Virus record (IMG/VR): IMGVR_UViG_3300008448_008004 | Coordinates: 1-64,000 of that record | DNA length: 64,000 nucleotides | From: a virus | Strand: one strand, 5' to 3' | Part shown: positions 1 to 9,185 of the stretch, one piece after another | Layout: each line of letters starts with the position of its first letter | Numbering within the stretch: the stretch's first letter is position 1 | Position numbers and translations under genes: made by a program | Notes under the pieces: model-generated | The model's input: only the letters and a program-made list of their open reading frames with translations | Databases searched by the model: none | Told to the model about the DNA's origin: nothing

Positions 1-757
1 TTTTGATTTTTTGGTATGTATTTTTTATGTAATTTATTTCATCACCATCTACATCTCTTGCAAGTTGCAATATGATGTTATCAGTGTAATTAATATTTTT
101 TAATGAATCAATTACAGTTTTAAAATTGGTATCACCTAACCCAAAATGTTTTGTTTCACCATTAAAAGTTCTATCTTTAAAATGAACATTTTTTATTTTT
201 GACCCGAAGTAATTTATTAATTCTTCATGGTCTATTTTTTCTTTATATGTTGAGGTGAAATTACCGGTATCATAGGTAATAAAAAAATTGTCTTTTTTAT
301 TTACGACATCCATCACAATCTCTTTAATGCATTCAAATTCAAAACAAAAATTAATTGATGGGTATTTTTCAGATATTGGGATTATGTTTTTTAAAAATTC
401 ATATCTGATATATACATTTTCTACTGAACTATCTTCTAAAAGTGGTATTACTATTTTATTCAATTTTAGTTCTACCATTTTATCTAAAACAGGTACTAAA
501 TTTTGATTCATAAATTCATTTTTGTAAAATGAATTATTAACCATAGTGTCTACACAAACCGATAAGATGTTAGTGGGTAAATTAGATTCAATAAATAATG
601 GATTATTTAAGTTATCGTTTGGGGTTATTAACCACTCAATACCACTTAACTCAATATGATTTAAAACATTAAATTCGGATTTCCAGTTAAGTGGAAACTC
701 TTGCATTTTTTTATTGACCGGTTCACTAAGACGACCTTGTAAAACTCCTACTATCAT
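1..757 (-). CDS. Sugar-phosphate isomerase/epimerase, xylose-isomerase-like TIM barrel (3' end runs off the window)
   Basis: Not in the ORF track because it is truncated. ATG at 757 overlaps the stop of the VOC gene (ATGA). Translates MIVGVLQGRLSEP...IEW...IVIPLLE...YDTGN...NVHFKDR...GLGDTNF, motifs typical of this family. Confidence 0.75.
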   Translation of the reverse strand, partial: MIVGVLQGRLSEPVNKKMQEFPLNWKSEFNVLNHIELSGIEWLITPNDNLNNPLFIESNLPTNILSVCVDTMVNNSFYKNEFMNQNLVPVLDKMVELKLNKIVIPLLEDSSVENVYIRYEFLKNIIPISEKYPSINFCFEFECIKEIVMDVVNKKDNFFITYDTGNFTSTYKEKIDHEELINYFGSKIKNVHFKDRTFNGETKHFGLGDTNFKTVIDSLKNINYTDNIILQLARDVDGDEINYIKNTYQKIK

Positions 758-1167
758 AATAACTCAACAAATTCTATAATATTATTTTCTGGGTCCGAAC
801 CAAAAAAAACTTTAACCGTTTTTTCATCAGAAATTGTCGGCGTATTAATGATAGGTAAATTATTATCAATAAACTTATCGTAAAGAGTTTTAACATTATC
901 TATAGTTAATGCAAAATGAGTGTACCCGTTTTCAAAAAGACTTTTTTTATTTATTTTACAACTTCCAAAATAAAGTAATTCAACTATAATTTTATTTTCC
1001 CAACCCAATTTAATAATTCTTGGAGATTTATTAACAGAATTAAGTATATGGTTTAAAAACCGACCCTCTTCTATTTTATCATAAAGAATTTCCAATCCAA
1101 TTATATCTTGATAAAACCATAACATTTTATTCAAGTCGTTTACGACTATACCAACGTGCCTAAACAT
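754..1167 (-). CDS. VOC/glyoxalase family protein
   Basis: FRHVGIVVNDL...FY...G; HFALTIDN; DPENNIIEFVE are canonical VOC metal-binding motifs. Confidence 0.85.
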   Translation of the reverse strand: MFRHVGIVVNDLNKMLWFYQDIIGLEILYDKIEEGRFLNHILNSVNKSPRIIKLGWENKIIVELLYFGSCKINKKSLFENGYTHFALTIDNVKTLYDKFIDNNLPIINTPTISDEKTVKVFFGSDPENNIIEFVELL

Positions 1168-2480
1168 TCTATCAAACTTTCTTTTAAAACTCCGATACCT
1201 TCAATTAACGCATCATCATCAATAGTTAATGGAGGACCTATTTTTAATGTTCCTGATTGTGTCCTAATTGATAATAAACCTTTTCTCATTGCAACTTCTA
1301 TTATCATATCAACAAAATCAACGTCATTTCCATTTGGTGATTTGATGAAAACCCCCGCCAATAATCCTTTACAGTTTATTTTTTTTACATAATCAGGCAT
1401 TTCTTCTTTCCACTTTAATAATTCCGTTTCCATTATCTTACCTTTCCGATATGATTCGTTAATCAAATCATTATCTAAAAGATATTCTACAGAAGCTTTT
1501 GACGCGGCAACCGCAACAGGGTTACCCCCGTGTGTACTGTTGTATGACATATCGTTGTTAACAATTTTATTATTAGTTATAACACAAGATAATGGTAATG
1601 ATGATGATATACCTTTAGCGCAAACAATTATATCGGGAGTTACATCAAAATGTTCATAAGCAAATAATTTACCAGTCCTACCAAACCCTGATTGTATCTC
1701 GTCAATTATTAATAAAACTTTATTATCTTCACACCATTTTTTTAATAATTTAACATATTCTTTTGATGCAAATTCTGCCGACCATCCTTGGTAAGGTTCC
1801 ATAATTACTGCGGAATACTCATAAGGATTAATATCTTTAAAATATTTTTCAAAAAGTTCTTGAGGTAACAATCCTTCGTTTTCTAATGTTATGGTATCAG
1901 GATAAGGTAAATGTGTTACGTATGTTTTAACGGGTATCCATTCTTGTGATTTAAATTTACCACCCGCCATTGCAGAGCCCATAGTTTTACCATGATAACC
2001 ATTATTAAATGAAATGATTTTGTTTTTACCAGTATGTTTAATTGACATTTTAATCGCACACTCAACAGCCTCAGAACCCGTAGATAAAAATAAAACTTTA
2101 TCTAAATTTTTAGGTGTTATATCAACTAATAGTTTAGAAAATTCAGACCTCTCTTTGGTTGGGTAATAATATGCGTTTAATAAATTTTTATTAGTTGTAG
2201 AGATAATCGCCTCTTTTACTTTTGGGTTTGAGTGACCAACATTTGCAACAAATATTGACGAGGTAAAATCTATCCATTTATTACCTGATATATCATAAAT
2301 TGAATAGTCTGATGCTGAGTCCCACACAACAGGTAGTTGGTCATTCATTGAATTTGGCTCATACTTGATACAATCATTTAAATAATCTAATGATTGTGGT
2401 GATGGAATTGATGTTGTAATGTTTCTATAACGAGTTTTTACAAAATCACATTTAAATGGTGTTAACTGAAACTTATACAT
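1146..2480 (-). CDS. Class III PLP-dependent aminotransferase
   Basis: WIDFTS, GHSNP, TGSEAVE, YHGKT, EPYQG, DEIQSGFGRTG, AKG (PLP lysine), THGGNP. Confidence 0.92.
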   Translation of the reverse strand: MYKFQLTPFKCDFVKTRYRNITTSIPSPQSLDYLNDCIKYEPNSMNDQLPVVWDSASDYSIYDISGNKWIDFTSSIFVANVGHSNPKVKEAIISTTNKNLLNAYYYPTKERSEFSKLLVDITPKNLDKVLFLSTGSEAVECAIKMSIKHTGKNKIISFNNGYHGKTMGSAMAGGKFKSQEWIPVKTYVTHLPYPDTITLENEGLLPQELFEKYFKDINPYEYSAVIMEPYQGWSAEFASKEYVKLLKKWCEDNKVLLIIDEIQSGFGRTGKLFAYEHFDVTPDIIVCAKGISSSLPLSCVITNNKIVNNDMSYNSTHGGNPVAVAASKASVEYLLDNDLINESYRKGKIMETELLKWKEEMPDYVKKINCKGLLAGVFIKSPNGNDVDFVDMIIEVAMRKGLLSIRTQSGTLKIGPPLTIDDDALIEGIGVLKESLIECLGTLV

Positions 2481-3141
2481 TTTTTTTACTTAAGATATAC
2501 TCAATATAATTAAAATCATCAATAGTGTCAATTTCATAAGTTTTATCGGTAATAAATGAATAAATTCTATCCCCATAAAAACTATCCGAGTTCATAAAAA
2601 TTTCAGGTTTGACTATATCAACATAACCGTTAGGTGAATATGTTTTAGGATAACTCTGTCTGGGTAAATTAGTATCCAAGTTATCAACTATAGGTCTCCA
2701 AAACTCACCATTTTTTTTATAAAATTTATATACAGATTCTGAAGTTTCATGTGCGGACCTAAGACTTGTTATTTTGTTTTTATTTTTTAAAAACACTTCA
2801 ATGGCATCATCAATAACTAATGAATTTACTAAAGGAGTTGTTGCTCTTAAATGTATAATTGGTTCCGTATGGTTTAGTAATTTACAAAAATGTCTAAAAG
2901 AATCTATATCTAAAGATGTGTCAGTTGATAATTCGTAAGGTCTCATGATGGTTTTACACCCTAAATTTTTTGATATCTCAATTATCTCTTCGTCATCGGA
3001 AGAAACATATATGTCTTTAATTTTCTTTGATTGTTTAGCTGAAGTAATAACATATTCAATTAAAGGTTTACCGATTAATTCTTTTATGTTTTTTTTTGGG
3101 ATACCCTTACTACCACCCCTTGCTAAAATTAAGGCAATCAT
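2473..3141 (-). CDS. neuA: Acylneuraminate (CMP-nonulosonic acid) cytidylyltransferase
   Basis: ILARGGSKGIPKKNIK..GKPLI, VSSDD, RP.ELSTD, LRATTP, PRQ, NG, EIDT.DDF. Confidence 0.9.
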   Translation of the reverse strand: MIALILARGGSKGIPKKNIKELIGKPLIEYVITSAKQSKKIKDIYVSSDDEEIIEISKNLGCKTIMRPYELSTDTSLDIDSFRHFCKLLNHTEPIIHLRATTPLVNSLVIDDAIEVFLKNKNKITSLRSAHETSESVYKFYKKNGEFWRPIVDNLDTNLPRQSYPKTYSPNGYVDIVKPEIFMNSDSFYGDRIYSFITDKTYEIDTIDDFNYIEYILSKKNV

Positions 3142-3836
3142 TTTTTTTCTGCTTTACAAATTAACATAGCTTCTTTTGAGAATCTAATAATCTTGTTTGT
3201 TTTTTTACCCCATAATACTTTTTCAAATGGTGAGTATGGTAAAGGTAATTTTTGAATGATGTATCTAAAAATATTTAAAAATGGATATTTCCACGTTAAC
3301 GGTAATTGATAAAAATATTCACACTCAGAAACAAACCCAGATAGGTCACAAGCGGTTTCTAATGAATATCTAGTAAAAGGTGTAACATGTGTGTGGTCAA
3401 TATAGAAGGCTTCCTTATATGAATGTTTCCAACTTGGAGCCATACAAATTAATACGCCTCCCTTTTTTAACATTCTATATGATTCATCTAATAAAATATC
3501 CGGATTTTGTAGATGCTCAACAACAGATTTTGAAAAAATAAAATCAAATTTTTCATCTTTAAATGGGTATTTTTTTTCGTTTAAATTATAAGATTTAAAT
3601 TTTTTTGACGGTATGTTTTCTTTTGAGGAATTTGATATGTCCATTCCATAAGCATCTATACCACATTCAATAAAACATTTTGTTATTACTCCATCACCAC
3701 ATCCGATATCTAAAATCTTATCTCCTTCTTTTATGTTATATTTTTTTATAATATAGTTAACTAACTTTTTTGGGTAATCTGATTTATTTTCTTTATATGT
3801 TTTTTGAACATAATTAGGATTAAATATTGAACTCAT
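3138..3836 (-). CDS. Class I SAM-dependent methyltransferase
   Basis: ILDIGCGDG motif I; FDFIFSKSVVEHL; LKKGG. Confidence 0.9.
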   Translation of the reverse strand: MSSIFNPNYVQKTYKENKSDYPKKLVNYIIKKYNIKEGDKILDIGCGDGVITKCFIECGIDAYGMDISNSSKENIPSKKFKSYNLNEKKYPFKDEKFDFIFSKSVVEHLQNPDILLDESYRMLKKGGVLICMAPSWKHSYKEAFYIDHTHVTPFTRYSLETACDLSGFVSECEYFYQLPLTWKYPFLNIFRYIIQKLPLPYSPFEKVLWGKKTNKIIRFSKEAMLICKAEKK

Positions 3837-4552
3837 ATTTTTTCAGTTTTTAAAATTTCACTTAGACGTGATTCTACACTGGTGTTTATTATCTCAACGC
3901 CAATTTTTTTAGCACTATCGTTAATAATTCTAAAATCATTTAACATATTAGGTATAGTTGAGTCAAATTCCGTTGCCGATATTGGTGTCATATAAGAACC
4001 AAAATAACCTTTTTTATAGTCTAAATCTACCCCTGATACGTATATTTTTTTACACCCCAATAATATAGATAGGGCTAACATATGTACAGCAACAGTATCC
4101 CCCTCACTATATTTCTCAACATTACCTGTAAATTTTTGTAACTCTTCTTGTATTGTTAATCTATCACTAATAAAATTTTGACATCCGTTCGAACAACTAT
4201 AACACGTTTTATTATTAAAGTGTCTTTGGTCGTAACCCACATAATTTAAATTTCCTAAATTTTTTTCAATCCACCATCTAGGTGTTGAGTCTACTGAGTC
4301 TGCATGTACAAGTGATGTGTTGGGCATTCTTTTTAATCTATCAATTAAACTACCAACTTGTTGTGTATTCGCCCAAACCCAATAGTTAGGTTGTAAATCA
4401 CTTATCAAATCAATATCGTTACAAGAAACTAAAACTATATTTTTCCTTTCTTTTATAATATGTCCTATAGTGTCCGAAAGAGAAGGTCCTAAACCACAAA
4501 CAAATGATGTTTTGTCTTTCTCAAGGTTTATAATATCTTTTAAATTTTTCAT
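3833..4552 (-). CDS. CstII(GT42)/Maf/DUF115-like putative nonulosonic-acid (sialyl) transferase
   Basis: VCGLGPSL...VSCN...TVAVHMLALSILLGCKKIYVSGVDL parallels the CstII pattern IAGNGPSL...RCN...ALGYKEIYLSGIDF; lies two genes from neuA. Confidence 0.65.
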   Translation of the reverse strand: MKNLKDIINLEKDKTSFVCGLGPSLSDTIGHIIKERKNIVLVSCNDIDLISDLQPNYWVWANTQQVGSLIDRLKRMPNTSLVHADSVDSTPRWWIEKNLGNLNYVGYDQRHFNNKTCYSCSNGCQNFISDRLTIQEELQKFTGNVEKYSEGDTVAVHMLALSILLGCKKIYVSGVDLDYKKGYFGSYMTPISATEFDSTIPNMLNDFRIINDSAKKIGVEIINTSVESRLSEILKTEKI

Positions 4553-4560
4553 AATATTTT

Positions 4561-6207
4561 TTATATTTTTAAAGTAAGTTTTTTGTAAATAATATCATCT
4601 GGCAACAAATATTTTTTTGATTTATTAAAATTATTTTTAATACTTTCTAGTCTTTTTATATAGTCATCTATAGATAAATTATTTATGATGTCCACTAACT
4701 CCTCAACATTGTCAAAAATAATCATACCGTTAGTGTCAAAAAAATCACCTATTGAAGGACACCCCCAATAAATTGGTACTGTTCCTGTTACAAAACAATC
4801 AATTAGTTTTTCAGTAAACCAATAATCTCTTTTAGTATTTTCCACTACGATGTGAAATTTATATTCTTTTAGTCCGTCAAGTTTATAGTCTATTGGGTTA
4901 TAAGTTCTACCGTATACGTCTATTTTACCATTTAATTGGTTAATAATATCGTGTCTTAATCTGTGACCATTTGTTTGAGTCTTATTTGATGATATTATAC
5001 TTATCATTTTTGATTTGTTGTAAATTTTTTGGTCCTCAGGTTTTATCCAACAACATCCAAATGGTAATAATTCATAATTTTCACCCTTGTCTAATAGTGA
5101 CTTTTCGTGTGTGAACACTTTTTTAAATTTATTATTGTTATTAACAATAAAATCATATGTATAAGATGCAATTTCTTTTGGCTCAATTAACCAAGCGATA
5201 GAATTATAGTTATTTGTAACTTCCCCTAATCTGGCGTCGGTATAAACAACAAAATCATTATCGTTTTTATTAAAATTTTCTCGTTTCCATTTAAAAAATA
5301 ATGAATCTTGGTAATCACTGCAGTAACCTATTTTTGAATGTGCAAATGTTAAGTCTATAAGATTAATAGTGTCGTTTTTTGTTTTTACTAATAAACCATT
5401 ATCATAATTAACGTTTACTTTGACCCACCCATCAACATATATGTTATCATAATCTTTAAAACCTTTAGGTCCAAACCACATACTTGGACATAAAACTTTT
5501 TTATTTTTGTTTTTATTTAAAAACGCGGACCACCATGAAAATGTTGAGTTTGATATTACGTTATTTTCACATAAACTCATCATCCATAAATCTTCATAAT
5601 CTTGTAACTGGTCAACAAAAACCGCTTTAGAAGATTTAATATTATTTTTAACCCAATTAATATCATCACTAAAAACATAAAATACATCAGTTAAGTCATC
5701 CAAAAGATTTATACAATAATTAATATAACTTAAATCTACTGATGGTAGTATGTCGTTTATGGTAAGATAATCACCTCTTCTAATGTGTATTGAAGTTGAT
5801 TTTTCATTTTTAAAATTTGGATACAAAGATTTTAATTTTGCAATAAAATTATTATCAGGACCAAACATTTTTTTTACATGTTCATCATAACCAAAAAAAT
5901 TGTTTAAACTTTGGTAATAACCATAGAATTCTATATTACTATCCCAAGAAAAATTTAAATTAGGTTTATTCCATGTTTCTTCAGAAACTCTTTTTTTATT
6001 AATAATTTTATCAACAAATTTTACATTTTTAAAAATGTTATCAACATAATTAATAGTTTGTTTAGATTGTGACATTGGGGTATAAGACACGGGTTCAAAA
6101 ACACTTTCTTTGTTATTTTTTAATCCTTGACAAACCGCATGTGCGATTTGAAACATTTGATTACCTAAGCCGCCCATCAAATAAGCAGTTGAATAAAAAT
6201 TTTCCAT
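4561..6207 (-). CDS. Fusion of GT11 (alpha-1,2-fucosyltransferase-like) and GT10 (alpha-1,3/4-fucosyltransferase-like) domains
   Basis: N-half: GGLGNQMFQ, GYYQS, SIHIRRGDY, VFSDD, NSTFSWW (GT11). C-half: YKFHIVVEN...YWFTEKLIDCFVTGTVPIYWG (GT10 motif). Confidence 0.85.
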   Translation of the reverse strand: MENFYSTAYLMGGLGNQMFQIAHAVCQGLKNNKESVFEPVSYTPMSQSKQTINYVDNIFKNVKFVDKIINKKRVSEETWNKPNLNFSWDSNIEFYGYYQSLNNFFGYDEHVKKMFGPDNNFIAKLKSLYPNFKNEKSTSIHIRRGDYLTINDILPSVDLSYINYCINLLDDLTDVFYVFSDDINWVKNNIKSSKAVFVDQLQDYEDLWMMSLCENNVISNSTFSWWSAFLNKNKNKKVLCPSMWFGPKGFKDYDNIYVDGWVKVNVNYDNGLLVKTKNDTINLIDLTFAHSKIGYCSDYQDSLFFKWKRENFNKNDNDFVVYTDARLGEVTNNYNSIAWLIEPKEIASYTYDFIVNNNNKFKKVFTHEKSLLDKGENYELLPFGCCWIKPEDQKIYNKSKMISIISSNKTQTNGHRLRHDIINQLNGKIDVYGRTYNPIDYKLDGLKEYKFHIVVENTKRDYWFTEKLIDCFVTGTVPIYWGCPSIGDFFDTNGMIIFDNVEELVDIINNLSIDDYIKRLESIKNNFNKSKKYLLPDDIIYKKLTLKI

Positions 6208-6208
6208 A

Positions 6209-6937
6209 TTATAGTGGTTTATATTTTTCTAAGTTTCTTATTATGTTTGCACATCTTTGTTGTTCTGTTTGTCCTGCACGAGCATTTTCTTTGTGTTCGT
6301 TATGTGGATTTTCTTCATTATATACTAGTAATATTTCAGGTATAAATTCATAATGTTTATCACCACACATCTCAATCATAGGGTATGAGTATGCAACATC
6401 AGGAGCTGCTTTAAAATATTCTCCATTTTCATCGGTAAATGATGATTCATCAATATTACGCCAAAGATGAACTTTCCATGTTCTCAAATGTGAAAACGAA
6501 AAAATATCCGTTCTAACTGTTTTATATTTTACTTTATTTGAAAATCCTATTCTACCATTTGAATAAACAAAACTTCCGTTAGTTAACCATAAATCTTTAT
6601 TTTTTTCATATTTGTTGTTAATAAACCCTAAGACTTTATCATCATACAACCAATCATCCCCATCCAATTCAACAATAACGTCATCATCTTTGAATAATAA
6701 TTCATCCATTAATAAATCATCCATGTTTTTTAGTTTATATTTTTTTTCTTTATTTTCTATTAGTATAAACCTATCATCCCCCTCAATTAGTTTTTTTATT
6801 ATTTTCACCGTATTATCAGTGGAAACATCATCAACCAAGTACATTTTGAAATTTTTATGTAATTGATTTTTAACTGAATTAATACATTTTTCAATATAGT
6901 TTTCGGCATTCCAAAAACAACTAACAACTTTAATCAT
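6209..6937 (-). CDS. Glycosyltransferase family 2
   Basis: WNAENYIEKCINSV..Q, LVDDVSTD, ELDGDD (DxD). Confidence 0.88.
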   Translation of the reverse strand: MIKVVSCFWNAENYIEKCINSVKNQLHKNFKMYLVDDVSTDNTVKIIKKLIEGDDRFILIENKEKKYKLKNMDDLLMDELLFKDDDVIVELDGDDWLYDDKVLGFINNKYEKNKDLWLTNGSFVYSNGRIGFSNKVKYKTVRTDIFSFSHLRTWKVHLWRNIDESSFTDENGEYFKAAPDVAYSYPMIEMCGDKHYEFIPEILLVYNEENPHNEHKENARAGQTEQQRCANIIRNLEKYKPL

Positions 6938-8570
6938 TTAAAATTTTGATATATTCTTTTTTTATTTTTTTAGCAACTTCTTCTGAATTAAATTTATTAA
7001 TGTCAGAAGGGACTTCATATTTATTTTTTTCTATAATATTACCATAATTGTCGACATTGTAAATCCATCCTGACTTACCACACATCCAACCTTCTATTGT
7101 TGTTCTACCTAATAAAATTCCTGCGGTCTCACTACAATTTTTCACATATTCCTCAACTTTATTAGTTGCACCAAAATGCTTAACATGTGTGTTTTCTAAC
7201 AACTCCGGTAAATAATTTGATTTGTTTTCACCAACTAACCAAAGTTCTTTACCTATTGATTTTGAATACTCAACTAAATCTCTAATTGTTTTTTCTCGTA
7301 AATAATCAATTGTTCCAACAAATAATACATAGGGATATGTCTTCGTATTTTTAGTATTAAATCTTTTAGTGTCTATTGGATTATAAATAACTTCAGTGTC
7401 AGATGAACTAATGTTAAAGTTATTAACTATATGTTTTTGTATTTCTGGTCTAATGCAAATATATTTTTTTATTGATTCGTGTATAAAAGGATTTTCTAAT
7501 TCAATTACCTCAGAGTGTATCGTTGATATTTTTGGGGTATTTGGATACATCTCCGTAATTTGTTTTGAAATTGGATTGTGTTGAATATGCATAATATCAA
7601 AATTTACATCTGACATTTTATACATCATATTTGGTTGACTTGTAACAACACCTTGAGGGGTATTGAATCCCCATTTTCCGTCACCCATTTTATAACCTGG
7701 TGGGTTAGAGAATGGTAACACTTTTATTCCTTGTTGGGATGCTAATTTTGAAAGCGGACCTTCAATATCTGAAAGAACCGTAACATCACAATTAAGTTTT
7801 TTTAACCCTTTGGCTAATTCATAAACATACATTTCAGAACCAGTAAAGGTTTTAAAAAATAAACAAGATAGTAAAACTTTAATCGGTGATTCTAATGTTA
7901 GGTTTCTTTTGATTTTTACAGGAAGAATGTCTTTGTGTCTTTCAGAAAAAATAATCCTATTTTTTTCCCATTCTTCGTTAGTCGCTCCAATTGATTTATG
8001 TGTGACTCTAACGTCATACATAACCCCAATCTTAACGTCTTCTATAAAGTTTCTAAATGAAAAATCAACATCGTAGAAGTGAAATCCTTTTATTTCTTCA
8101 TTAAAAGTTTCTATAATATTTTTTTTATTTATAACAATAAAAAGACCATCAATTAAAACTACATCATCTATTTGATTACCTAAACTTGAGGAATATTTTG
8201 ATTCCCATTTTTTACCTTCGTGTTCATGATTTACAATACCTTTCATTTTAGAAAAGTCTTCCCACCATTTTGCGGTTGATGGAAGTTGTGTTGAACCTGC
8301 TAGTCCTAAAATCCCATATTCAGGATTTCTTTTAAAATGTTTTAAAATCTTACTACCCCAATTCTTACTATCAAAGTAAATGTCATCATGACACAAAACA
8401 ACAATATCATTTGTTGATTGTTCTAAAATCATATTATAAGCTTCAGGTAAAGAATACTTTCCTTCATTTTCAATTGGGATGATTTCTGGATTAGAAACTC
8501 CACACGTTTTTTTTAACAACTCAATAAAATTACTATCTACCTTTCTTGAAGAAAAACCTATTGTAATCAT
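6930..8570 (-). CDS. Two-domain glycosyltransferase: GT2-like N-domain plus GT-B (GT4-like) C-domain
   Basis: N: YN..LEQSTNDIVVLCHDD, IDGLFI, GFHFYDVD. C: TGSEMYVYELAKGL, IYNPID..RF, LFVGT, GRTTIEGWMCGK. Confidence 0.8.
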   Translation of the reverse strand: MITIGFSSRKVDSNFIELLKKTCGVSNPEIIPIENEGKYSLPEAYNMILEQSTNDIVVLCHDDIYFDSKNWGSKILKHFKRNPEYGILGLAGSTQLPSTAKWWEDFSKMKGIVNHEHEGKKWESKYSSSLGNQIDDVVLIDGLFIVINKKNIIETFNEEIKGFHFYDVDFSFRNFIEDVKIGVMYDVRVTHKSIGATNEEWEKNRIIFSERHKDILPVKIKRNLTLESPIKVLLSCLFFKTFTGSEMYVYELAKGLKKLNCDVTVLSDIEGPLSKLASQQGIKVLPFSNPPGYKMGDGKWGFNTPQGVVTSQPNMMYKMSDVNFDIMHIQHNPISKQITEMYPNTPKISTIHSEVIELENPFIHESIKKYICIRPEIQKHIVNNFNISSSDTEVIYNPIDTKRFNTKNTKTYPYVLFVGTIDYLREKTIRDLVEYSKSIGKELWLVGENKSNYLPELLENTHVKHFGATNKVEEYVKNCSETAGILLGRTTIEGWMCGKSGWIYNVDNYGNIIEKNKYEVPSDINKFNSEEVAKKIKKEYIKILND

Positions 8571-9184
8571 AAACCTGTACTTCCGAAACCATTTTCGTTT
8601 CTATCTTTTTCTTTTATTTCTTTAACTTGAATAAGGTTAACTAATTTGGCAATCGCAACAGGACTAAGTACTGCTTGTGCGATTTTTTGACCCTTTTCAA
8701 TTTTTTTTGTTTGATTTGTTGTGTTAAAAATAATAACCTTTATTTCACCTGTATATCCATTATCTACAGTTCCTGGTGAATTTAATACCATTAATCCTTC
8801 TTTTAATGCTAATCCACTTTTTGACCTGACTTGAATTTCATATCCAGGAGGAATATCAAATTTTAAACCTGTCGGAACCAACGCTCTATCAAAAGGATTT
8901 AATAATACTTCTTCATTAGACCTTAAATCAAAACCTGAATCATAATCATAAACATAAGAAGGATTTTTATTTTCACTATCATTTACATAGTTTAAATTTA
9001 CTTTCATATAATCTGATGACATTTCATCATCAATTTCTTCAAAATGTTTGTTTATATCGTTTAGATTAAACCCCATTGATTTTAACATTTCTTCAGGGTT
9101 ATTCATGTCAATATTACCTATTTTAGATTGTAGGTCTTTTAACATTTTAAATTGTTCTCTAGCTTCTTTAATTTCTTTAAACAT
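8567..9184 (-). CDS. dut: Trimeric dUTPase with ~60-aa N-terminal extension
   Basis: SGFDL, VRSKSGLA, NSPGTVDNGYTGEI, IAQAV, RNENGFGSTG (motifs I-V). Confidence 0.95.
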   Translation of the reverse strand: MFKEIKEAREQFKMLKDLQSKIGNIDMNNPEEMLKSMGFNLNDINKHFEEIDDEMSSDYMKVNLNYVNDSENKNPSYVYDYDSGFDLRSNEEVLLNPFDRALVPTGLKFDIPPGYEIQVRSKSGLALKEGLMVLNSPGTVDNGYTGEIKVIIFNTTNQTKKIEKGQKIAQAVLSPVAIAKLVNLIQVKEIKEKDRNENGFGSTGL

Positions 9185-9185
9185 A

